From Bacteroidales bacterium (GTDB taxonomy: Bacteria; Bacteroidota; Bacteroidia; Bacteroidales; JAAUTT01), in assembly GCA_025350365.1 (NCBI GenBank), contig JANXXY010000375.1, positions 13,667-37,666 on the forward strand: a DNA stretch of 24,000 bases, given 5' to 3'. The notes below the pieces were generated by a model. It was not told the DNA's origin and did no database searches. It saw nothing but the letters and a program-made list of their open reading frames with translations. Below, piece after piece: positions 8,372 through 15,838 of this stretch; the first letter of the stretch is position 1; each line of letters opens with the position of its first letter. The position numbers and the translations under genes were made by a program.

Positions 8372-9544
8372 ATGGCCAGTATTTTAGTTATCGATGATGA
8401 ACGCAGCATTCGCAATACACTTAAGGAAGTGCTTGAATACGAAAGTCATAAGGTTGATGTAGCGATTGATGGGATAGAAGGCCTTGATATGTTTTCGAAA
8501 AACAAGTACGACGTTGTTCTTTGCGACATTAAAATGCCCAATATGGATGGGATGGAAGTATTGGAAAAAATGTTCGAACATTCATCTGATGCCACTGTAA
8601 TCATGATTTCCGGCCACGGAAATATTGACACAGCCGTGGAAGCTATCAAAAAGGGAGCGTTTGATTTTATCGAAAAGCCTCTTGATTTAAACCGCCTTCT
8701 TATTACCATCCGAAATGGACTCGACAAAACAACGCTGATTAGCGAAACAAAAGTCCTTAAGCGGAAAGTAAGCAAAACGTTTGATATTGTTGGCCAATCC
8801 GAAGCGATAAAGAAAGTGAAAGATATGGTAGATCGCGTAGCTTCTACCGATGCCCGCGTGCTAATTACCGGCAAAAACGGTACCGGAAAGGAATTGGTTG
8901 CCCGATGGCTTCACGAGAAAAGTCCGCGTGCGGCAATGCCATTCGTGGAGGTGAACTGTGCTGCTATTCCTTCTGAACTAATTGAAAGTGAATTATTTGG
9001 TCATGAAAAAGGTTCATTTACCTCGGCCTATAAAGATCGTAAGGGGAAATTCGAAAATGCTATCGGAGGTACCTTGTTCCTCGATGAAATTGGTGATATG
9101 AGCCTTTCAGCCCAAGCCAAAGTACTTAGAGCTTTGCAGGAAAACAAGATAACACGTGTAGGAAGCGATAAGGAAATTAAAGTTGATGTGCGCATTGTTG
9201 CAGCAACTAACAAAGACCTCAAAAAAGAAATTGAAGCGGGCAACTTCCGCGAGGATCTTTATCATAGGCTCAGCGTCATTCTCATTCATGTGCCGTCGCT
9301 CAACGAACGACTTGATGATATTCCGATTCTTGCTGAGCATTTTTGTTGTCAGATATGTGCTGAATATGGCATGACCATGAAAACAATTACCGATGATGCA
9401 ATCGCTGAACTTCAAAATATTACCTGGACCGGCAATATCCGTGAATTCCGAAATGTTTTGGAACGACTGATTATACTATGCGACAAAGAAATAACAGGAG
9501 CCGATGTTCTGGCATATGCCCAGCCAATTTCAAGAGAGTTATAA
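8372..9544 (+). CDS. Response-regulator receiver + sigma-54-interaction AAA+ domain protein (bEBP) lacking a C-terminal HTH
   Basis: The receiver has DD8-9, D52 (VVLCDIKMP), S80 and K102. The AAA+ domain has Walker A GKNGTGKE, Walker B TLFLDEIGD, L1 loop GSFTSA, REDLYHRL and sensor II GNIREFRNV. The ORF ends 28 aa after sensor II. Confidence 0.85.
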   Translation: MASILVIDDERSIRNTLKEVLEYESHKVDVAIDGIEGLDMFSKNKYDVVLCDIKMPNMDGMEVLEKMFEHSSDATVIMISGHGNIDTAVEAIKKGAFDFIEKPLDLNRLLITIRNGLDKTTLISETKVLKRKVSKTFDIVGQSEAIKKVKDMVDRVASTDARVLITGKNGTGKELVARWLHEKSPRAAMPFVEVNCAAIPSELIESELFGHEKGSFTSAYKDRKGKFENAIGGTLFLDEIGDMSLSAQAKVLRALQENKITRVGSDKEIKVDVRIVAATNKDLKKEIEAGNFREDLYHRLSVILIHVPSLNERLDDIPILAEHFCCQICAEYGMTMKTITDDAIAELQNITWTGNIREFRNVLERLIILCDKEITGADVLAYAQPISREL

Positions 9545-9672
9545 ATATTTATATGGCTTAAACAAGTTGCCTGCCGTTAGCCATGAGTTTGTGCGCCAAG
9601 CCAGTAATAAGTGGCCAGTACAGAGTTATCAGAAACCAGTAACCTTTTTCGACACGGTGTTCTATTTTTAAT

Positions 9673-9680
9673 TAAATTTG
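9673..9680 (+). promoter_or_regulatory. -7 box TAAATTTG
   Basis: Exact TAnnTTTG 30 nt upstream of the ATG at 9710. This supports the shorter fba start. Confidence 0.45.
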
Positions 9681-9709
9681 GCGTTTTTATAAACTTAATA
9701 CCAACAATC

Positions 9710-10702
9710 ATGGTTTCGTATAAAGAATTAGGACTGGTTAATTCCAAAGACCTTTTCCAAAAAGCAGTGAAAGGCGGATATGCTATCCCCGCTTTTAATT
9801 TCAATAATCTGGAACAAATGCAAGCAATTATTGCTGCTTGCGTTGAAACAAAATCGCCCGTTATTTTGCAGGTTTCCAGCGGTGCCAGAAAATATGCCAA
9901 TCAAACACTTCTGCGTTTTTTAGCTCAGGGAGCTGTTGAGTATGCCAAAGAGTTGGGATACGCAATTCCAATAGTTCTTCACCTTGATCATGGTGATACG
10001 TTTGAACTGTGCAAAAGCTGCATCGACTCGGGTTTTTCTTCAGTAATGATTGATGGATCACATCTTTCCTACGAAAAGAATATTGAACTCACCAAACAGG
10101 TGGTAGAATATGCACATGCACATGGCGTAACTGTTGAAGGTGAATTAGGCGTTCTTGCTGGCATTGAAGACGATGTTGTAGCAGAACATTCATCGTATAC
10201 ACATCCTGAAGAAGTGGAAGATTTCGTAAAGAAAACCGGTGTTGACTCATTGGCTATTTCGATAGGAACTTCTCACGGAGCTAATAAATTCAAACCTGAA
10301 CAATGTACCCTCAATGCAGATGGTGTATTGGTTCCACCCCCTTTAAAATTCGACATTTTAGAAGAAATCGAAAAGAGAATTCCCGGCTTCCCAATTGTCC
10401 TTCATGGCGCATCGTCAGTGCCAGCCGAACTCGTAAAGACTATCAATGCAAATGGTGGAAAAATGAAAGATACTGTAGGTATTCCTGAAGAACAATTGCG
10501 TCGTGCAGCTTCGTCGGCAGTTTGCAAAATTAATATCGATTCAGATGGTCGTTTAGCTATGACTGCTGCTGTGCGTAAAGTGTTTGTAGAAAACCCCGGC
10601 GAATTTGATCCTCGTAAATACTTAGGACCTGCCCGCGACCAGCTAAAAGTGCTTTATAAGCACAAAATTAATAATGTACTTGGAAGCGCTGACAAAGCAT
10701 AA
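9710..10702 (+). CDS. fba: Class II fructose-bisphosphate aldolase
   Basis: The start is moved to MVSYKELGLVNSKDLF. It has AIPAFNFNN, LHLDHG (Zn His), SVMIDGS, VEGELG and ISIGTSHG, which are hallmark class II FBA motifs. The 33-codon upstream extension is not family-like. Confidence 0.9.
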   Translation: MVSYKELGLVNSKDLFQKAVKGGYAIPAFNFNNLEQMQAIIAACVETKSPVILQVSSGARKYANQTLLRFLAQGAVEYAKELGYAIPIVLHLDHGDTFELCKSCIDSGFSSVMIDGSHLSYEKNIELTKQVVEYAHAHGVTVEGELGVLAGIEDDVVAEHSSYTHPEEVEDFVKKTGVDSLAISIGTSHGANKFKPEQCTLNADGVLVPPPLKFDILEEIEKRIPGFPIVLHGASSVPAELVKTINANGGKMKDTVGIPEEQLRRAASSAVCKINIDSDGRLAMTAAVRKVFVENPGEFDPRKYLGPARDQLKVLYKHKINNVLGSADKA

Positions 10703-10710
10703 ATTTCAAA

Positions 10711-10738
10711 AAGCCCCGCATTTACGGGGCTTTTTTTA
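10711..10738. terminator. Intrinsic terminator after fba (probably bidirectional)
   Basis: AGCCCCG-cattta-CGGGGCT followed by T7. It is preceded by AAAA, so it can also serve the convergent blaR1-like gene. Confidence 0.85.
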
Positions 10739-10809
10739 CTATCTGCGAATTCAAAAGACCAATCAAGCTTCAACTAAATAATTAGTTATCAAACTCAAAA
10801 AAAAAATTA

Positions 10810-12108
10810 TTACTTTTGCACTTTGAAAGCTATTGGAATGGTAAATTGTTGAGCAATGGTTTTGCCTCCATGTCTTCCGGGCATCCAATCAGGCGATGAT
10901 TTTATTACCCTAATGGCTTCTTCATCAAGAGCAGAATCTACACTACGCAATACTTTGATTTCATTTATTTTTCCATCGGCTTCAATAACGAACGATAATA
11001 TAACCTTACCCTGAATTCCTTTCTTTGCAGCGTTTTCCGGATATTTTAAATTTTGCAGAATCCAGGCACGAAAAGTTTCCAGATCTCCTCCCTGAAAGGT
11101 AGCGTTTTGCTCAGCTACAATAAATACATGTCTGTTTTTACTCTTTTGTAAATTACTCTTCTTTATGGTGTCTTTCTGTATTATGGAAGATAAGTCGTTT
11201 AAACTTAATTTATTCATTATATTGTCTGTAATTGGATCAAGAACTTGCTCTGGTAGCGACGCTTTAAACGAAAAGCATACTACTATAATAGCTGCTAATG
11301 GTAAGGCCAGAAAAAATCTAATTCTCTCAGTCCTTTTGTTTGTGATTTTTGTCATCATAAAAATTCGTTTTTTAATAAGAGATTGATTAAAATATGTAAC
11401 AAATTGAACTTGATTGGTTCTGAATAATTGATTAAGCAATAATTGCTGATAATTTACCTGATTGATTCCATGACGCAGTGTGCCGGCATCCGCAAGAAAT
11501 TCATGATTTTCAATGATAGCTTTCCGAAACAACCAGGCAAACGGATTAAACCATTGGCTTACAAGGATAAGGTCGATAAAGATCCTATCCAGTGTATGCC
11601 ATTGCTGGATATGGGTTTTCTCATGCAAAATGATCTTTTTTCTTTCATTCGATGAAATGTTCTGATTAATAAAAATGTAGTTAAAGAATGAAAAGGCAAG
11701 AGGGTGTTTTGTTTCAACAATATAAATGCGATTATTTTTTTTTATGAGAGAATGGGTAAGTAATTGCCGGATATGCCAGAGTTGCCTTGTAAACCATATA
11801 AGATATAGACAACATGAAGCAATGGCCATGGCAGAAATAATCAGATTCAAATGATTAAATCCAAAATCAGGTGACGCAATATTGGATTGTATCACCACTT
11901 CTTTAATCTGAAAAATTGACATGGTGAGAGGAACTGAGCTTGGAAGTTGAATTTCAACAGCAGGAATGATCATGGATGCAACCAGCGTTGACAACAGGTA
12001 AATCCGGTTTATCTGAAAATTAGTTTGTTTTCTAAGTAAAAGATGGAAGACCATGTAAAACAGCCCCTGGATAATTGCACATTCAACAACGTAGATTAAC
12101 AATTTCAT
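10810..12108 (-). CDS. BlaR1/MecR1-like M56 metalloprotease membrane sensor with a C-terminal TonB_C domain
   Basis: It has N-terminal TM helices, HEKTHIQQWH (HExxH) and the downstream ENHEFLAD motif of family M56. A further TM segment is followed by a C-terminal TonB_C-like domain (LKYPENAAKKGIQGKVILSFVIEADGKINEIKVLRSVDSALDEEAIRVIK). Confidence 0.85.
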   Translation of the reverse strand: MKLLIYVVECAIIQGLFYMVFHLLLRKQTNFQINRIYLLSTLVASMIIPAVEIQLPSSVPLTMSIFQIKEVVIQSNIASPDFGFNHLNLIISAMAIASCCLYLIWFTRQLWHIRQLLTHSLIKKNNRIYIVETKHPLAFSFFNYIFINQNISSNERKKIILHEKTHIQQWHTLDRIFIDLILVSQWFNPFAWLFRKAIIENHEFLADAGTLRHGINQVNYQQLLLNQLFRTNQVQFVTYFNQSLIKKRIFMMTKITNKRTERIRFFLALPLAAIIVVCFSFKASLPEQVLDPITDNIMNKLSLNDLSSIIQKDTIKKSNLQKSKNRHVFIVAEQNATFQGGDLETFRAWILQNLKYPENAAKKGIQGKVILSFVIEADGKINEIKVLRSVDSALDEEAIRVIKSSPDWMPGRHGGKTIAQQFTIPIAFKVQK

Positions 12109-12503
12109 GGTTTTTTTCTTTTATGGTTTTCAACTGCCAGTTGCATCATCTTTAATGTTTCCTCAAGTTCTTTTACATCCATCTCCTCCGATTTTGCAAA
12201 GAACGACACCATGTTTCGAAAGGAGTTGTTAAAATGATTGTGTAGAAAATTTCCCAAAAATGCTTTGGTGTAATCGTCCTTTTGAACCAGAGGAAAATAT
12301 TCATGTGTTTTTCCATACGCTTTATGATTAATAAAACCTTTTGTTTCCAGAATACGGACGATGGTTGATACCGTATTGTACGCTGGTTTTGGATCAGAAA
12401 ACCGGTCGAGTATATCTTTTACAAATCCTCGTTCTATTTTCCAAAGAATCTGCATAATTTCTTCTTCCGCACGGGTTAAGGCTAAATCATTTTGTCGCTT
12501 CAT
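12105..12503 (-). CDS. BlaI/MecI/CopY-family winged-helix transcriptional repressor
   Basis: 132 aa. LTRAEEEIMQILWK...VKDILD......YNTVSTIVRILETKGFI is the typical Penicillinase_R N-terminal domain. Its stop overlaps the blaR1-like start by 4 nt (ATGA), which indicates translational coupling. Confidence 0.85.
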   Translation of the reverse strand: MKRQNDLALTRAEEEIMQILWKIERGFVKDILDRFSDPKPAYNTVSTIVRILETKGFINHKAYGKTHEYFPLVQKDDYTKAFLGNFLHNHFNNSFRNMVSFFAKSEEMDVKELEETLKMMQLAVENHKRKKP

Positions 12504-12525
12504 AGTTAAATTAAATATTTAGTTA

Positions 12526-12533
12526 CAAAACTA
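12526..12533 (-). promoter_or_regulatory. -7 box TAGTTTTG (minus strand) for the blaI-blaR1-like operon
   Basis: CAAAACTA on + equals an exact TAnnTTTG on -. It lies 23 nt upstream of the blaI-like start codon and is embedded between TTAGTTAC repeats. Confidence 0.4.
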
Positions 12534-12719
12534 ATAAATTAGTTACCAAAAATCAAGCCATTCGTTACTTTTTTTTTAAAAAAATTGACAGATCACTTTT
12601 ACAATTAAAAACATTTTGTAACTTCCTACTACAATTGGTTGAAACTTTAATCAATGAGAATGAGTATAATGATTAGCGATTAACAATATAAATTTTAATG
12701 TCACTTAACAATAAAAGGT

Positions 12720-13307
12720 ATGAAAAATTTTTCGAAGGCTATGATGGTTTGTTTGGTATTAATAGTCATTTTGCCTATGCAATCTTTTGGCCAAGCAAAA
12801 CCAGTTAAGAAGGAGGCTGATATAAAAAAGTTTGAAATTGCAGCCAAAGCCGCCAAAGTAAAACTTGAAAAAGCTGAGAAATCTGTGTCGATTGCTGATT
12901 CCCTAATGGAAACAGGCAAAACTCAAATTAGCGAGAGTAAAACTGAAATAAAAGATCTCGATAAAGAAATAAAAATAACAACAAAAGAACTGGCTACAGC
13001 TCGAAAACCAGTTGAAAAGCAAGTCAATTCAAAAGATAGAACTGAATCTGCTGATGCAAAGGTAGAATTGAAAAAGATTGATACCGAGTACAAAGTAAAA
13101 TTGAAGGAGTTAGATACAAAACTTAAAGCGGCTCAAAAGAAGGGTGTTACTGGCGAAGCCAATGTTACAAAAGGGAAAATGGGAACAAAAACTGCCGCTA
13201 CGGGTTTAAAAACTGCTCAGGCAGCATATGATGCAGCTCAGGAAAAACTTGATAACGCAAAGGGTGAGGGTGAACCTGCCCCAATAGGAAAGAAAAAGAA
13301 AAAATAA
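12720..13307 (+). CDS. Secreted Lys/Glu/Ala-rich coiled-coil protein, function unknown
   Basis: Signal peptide MKNFSKAMMVCLVLIVILPMQSFG|QAKP. The rest is low-complexity helical K/E/A/T sequence ending in GKKKKK. The gene is followed by a strong terminator. Confidence 0.6.
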   Translation: MKNFSKAMMVCLVLIVILPMQSFGQAKPVKKEADIKKFEIAAKAAKVKLEKAEKSVSIADSLMETGKTQISESKTEIKDLDKEIKITTKELATARKPVEKQVNSKDRTESADAKVELKKIDTEYKVKLKELDTKLKAAQKKGVTGEANVTKGKMGTKTAATGLKTAQAAYDAAQEKLDNAKGEGEPAPIGKKKKK

Positions 13308-13311
13308 ACTT

Positions 13312-13338
13312 AAAACCCTCCAAAAGGAGGGTTTTTTA
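13312..13338 (+). terminator. Intrinsic terminator
   Basis: AAAACCCTCC-aaaa-GGAGGGTTTT followed by further T residues, 5 nt after the stop codon. Confidence 0.8.
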
Positions 13339-13407
13339 TTACTTTTAACTCATTATTAAACCCAATATCTCTGATTACCGTATAAACCCTATACACAACC
13401 TCAGTGT

Positions 13408-15588
13408 ATGAAGAATTTATTCAATATTAAATTTATATTAGTCTATTTCTTATCTCTTTCTTCATATGCTTTTGCTTTAGCAGAAACCAGGGAATTGACT
13501 GCCGGATACGAACCCGATTCGGTAAAGGTCATTCAAATTCTCACGGGAGTGCGACGAAAATTTGCTTTAGACAAGATTTTAACGCGCGAGGATTCCATAT
13601 CTGTAAGGGAGGCCATTCGGATTTCTCAGAAAACATTATACATTTCCGGCGAAGCTCAGTGTTTTGATGTTTTGGGTGTGCGTGAGCGTAATCGTTCAAA
13701 CTACAGCAAGGCCTTGGAATTACATCTAAAAGCTTTAGATATTATTGGTAAACTTTCTCTTGACATAGATAAAGCAATTATTCTTAATAATATTGGTGTG
13801 GTTTATCGCAGGCTTGACGATTTTAAACGAGCGGCTGATTATCATCTTCAGGCACTGGCATTGGCTGAAAACATTAATGACATACCAACCATTTGTGTGT
13901 CATTAAATAGCCTCGGCAATATTTTTTTAACTCAACAACAGTTCGCAAATGCTTTAAAATATTTTCAGGCAGCCCTTGAAAATGAAGTTAAAAGAAATAA
14001 TCTGCTGGGGATAGCTATAAATTTAAACAATATAGGATCGATATATGATGAACAAAAACACTATAAAAAAGCAATTGAATTTATCAATAAATCACTAGAA
14101 ATCAATAAAAAACTCGGAAGTAATAAAGGAATAGCAATTTGCTACAATGGATTAGGAGGAATATTTTTAAAACAAAACCGAACTCAAAAAGCGCTCGACT
14201 ATTTTCAAAAAGCATTGGCGATCAGTGAATCAATAGGCGACGGGATTTACACTTCGGGAAATCATATTAGTTTAGGACATACTTATTCCAATCTTGGAAA
14301 TTATCAAGCTGCAATAGTTCAATATAACAAAGGACTGGAGATCGCACTCTCTATCGGTTCAAAAAATCAGTCTCAACAGGCTTACGAAGGATTATCAACG
14401 GTTTTTGAGCAAAAGGGAGATGAAAAGAGTGCACTAATGTGGTACAAAAAATCAATTATTTTTAAAGATAGCATTTTTAACGAATTGAATGCTAATTATA
14501 TTAATCGAGCTCAAATACTTTATGAATCAGGTAAAAAAGATAAAGAAATTGAGCTTTTAATATACAGACAATATGTAAGCTTTAAAAAACAGAAGGTCAT
14601 TGTTGTATCTTTAATTATAGGATGTTTATTTCTTCTGATTTTATTATTGTTGCTTATGTTTAATTCCAGACTAAAACATCGGGCTCACCAAGCAATAATG
14701 CAATATAATAAGGATATAGAAGAGAAAAACCACATTTTAACCCAAACTAAAGAAGAAATACTAACTCAACGTGACGAAATTGATGAAAAAAGAAATCAAA
14801 TTAACGAAGCGTATGAACTTATTAAAGAAAAGAATAACAGCATAACCGATAATATTCATTATGCACTTCAAATACAGAATTCCCTTTTACCAGATATTGG
14901 GCTAATAAATAGTCTTTTACCAGATACATTTCTTTATTATAAACCTAAAGATATTGTAAGTGGCGATTTTTATTGGATTGCCCAGAAAGCTGGCAAAATT
15001 GTGGTTGCGATAGCAGACTGCACCGGACATGGAGTAACAGGTGCATTTATGAGCATTCTTGGCATTTCGGCCTTAAATGAAATTGTAATAGAAAAAGGCA
15101 TTACTTCTACCAATACCATATTAGATATTCTTCGTGAGAAAATTATTTTTACCCTACAACAGGCTGGAGAATTTAGTGAATCGCGCGAGGGTATTCATAT
15201 GGTCGTATGTTCGTTTGACTTTCCCAATAAGAAAATGCAATTCAGTGGGGCAATCAATACCTTATTATTATTTAGAAAAGGGCAGGCAATACAATATAAA
15301 GGAGATAAAATGCCCGTTTCGATCTTTCCGGAAATAAATGATTTTACTTCCATTGATATTGCTCTTGAAGATAACGATATGATTTATATGTACTCCGATG
15401 GTTACTACGGCCAGTTTGGCGGACATGAAGACAAAAAATTTAGTATTTACAGGTTTCGAAGTCTTCTCCAGAAAATAAGTATTTTACCTGTTAATGAGCA
15501 GTATAATCATATTGATGCTACTCTTAACGCCTGGAAAGGTGAAGCCGAACAGGTAGACGATATTCTTGTAATGGGAATTAAAGTATAA
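13408..15588 (+). CDS. Signal peptide + periplasmic TPR array + TM helix + coiled coil + PP2C/SpoIIE-type serine phosphatase domain
   Basis: 726 aa. It contains many 34-aa TPR-like repeats (..A..Y...AL.I....G). The TM helix is VIVVSLIIGCLFLLILLLLLMF. The C-terminal motifs SGDFYW, IADCTGHGVTGAFMS, YMYSDGYYGQFGG and QVDDILVMGIKV are typical of SpoIIE/RsbU-type PPM phosphatases. Confidence 0.85.
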   Translation: MKNLFNIKFILVYFLSLSSYAFALAETRELTAGYEPDSVKVIQILTGVRRKFALDKILTREDSISVREAIRISQKTLYISGEAQCFDVLGVRERNRSNYSKALELHLKALDIIGKLSLDIDKAIILNNIGVVYRRLDDFKRAADYHLQALALAENINDIPTICVSLNSLGNIFLTQQQFANALKYFQAALENEVKRNNLLGIAINLNNIGSIYDEQKHYKKAIEFINKSLEINKKLGSNKGIAICYNGLGGIFLKQNRTQKALDYFQKALAISESIGDGIYTSGNHISLGHTYSNLGNYQAAIVQYNKGLEIALSIGSKNQSQQAYEGLSTVFEQKGDEKSALMWYKKSIIFKDSIFNELNANYINRAQILYESGKKDKEIELLIYRQYVSFKKQKVIVVSLIIGCLFLLILLLLLMFNSRLKHRAHQAIMQYNKDIEEKNHILTQTKEEILTQRDEIDEKRNQINEAYELIKEKNNSITDNIHYALQIQNSLLPDIGLINSLLPDTFLYYKPKDIVSGDFYWIAQKAGKIVVAIADCTGHGVTGAFMSILGISALNEIVIEKGITSTNTILDILREKIIFTLQQAGEFSESREGIHMVVCSFDFPNKKMQFSGAINTLLLFRKGQAIQYKGDKMPVSIFPEINDFTSIDIALEDNDMIYMYSDGYYGQFGGHEDKKFSIYRFRSLLQKISILPVNEQYNHIDATLNAWKGEAEQVDDILVMGIKV

Positions 15589-15611
15589 AAAACATTTTTA
15601 TTTTTACTTTG

Positions 15612-15626
15612 TGGCACGTTATTTGT
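15612..15626 (+). promoter_or_regulatory. Sigma-54 -24/-12-like element TGGCAC-gttat-TTGT
   Basis: It matches TGGCAC-N5-TTGC at 9 of 10 positions with correct spacing, and the -12 GC reads GT. It is intergenic, on the + strand, and 213 nt upstream of the CDS at 15839. Confidence 0.3.
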
Positions 15627-15790
15627 AAATATTAAAATATCCTAAAAAGTTAAAATATCTAACGACTTGATATTTATTTTAGGGGGGGTGTTTAATTAGA
15701 AACATCATTTTATCCTGCAATTGAAGACAAATTAAGGGGACATTTCTAAAAACTACAATTTATTACCTAATACACAACTAACCCATTTAG

Positions 15791-15798
15791 TAGTTTTG
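15791..15798 (+). promoter_or_regulatory. -7 box TAGTTTTG
   Basis: Exact TAnnTTTG 41 nt upstream of the ATG at 15839. Confidence 0.4.
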
Positions 15799-15838
15799 TT
15801 TATTACAATTATATGTTAAACCTTTAATTTTAATTATT

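Noticed and set aside
8446-8874. 142-aa ORF antisense to the sigma-54 activator gene, together with similar antisense or out-of-frame ORFs at 8384-8581, 9028-9243, 9107-9415 and 9183-9374
   Set aside because: They lie entirely inside a CDS with strong family motifs. Their translations are low-complexity S/T/I/F-rich with no recognisable motifs. These are typical shadow ORFs.
9577-9900. 107-aa minus-strand ORF and the 33-codon upstream extension of fba (9611-9709)
   Set aside because: The fba family sequence begins at MVSYKELG (9710), and an exact -7 box lies at 9673-9680 inside the supposed extension. The minus-strand ORF overlaps fba antisense and has no motifs.
12585-12670. E. coli-type hexamers TTGACA (12585-12590) and TATAAT (12665-12670) upstream of the coiled-coil gene
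   Set aside because: They are 74 bp apart, so they cannot form one sigma-70 promoter. Bacteroidota sigma-A uses -33/-7 elements rather than -35/-10.
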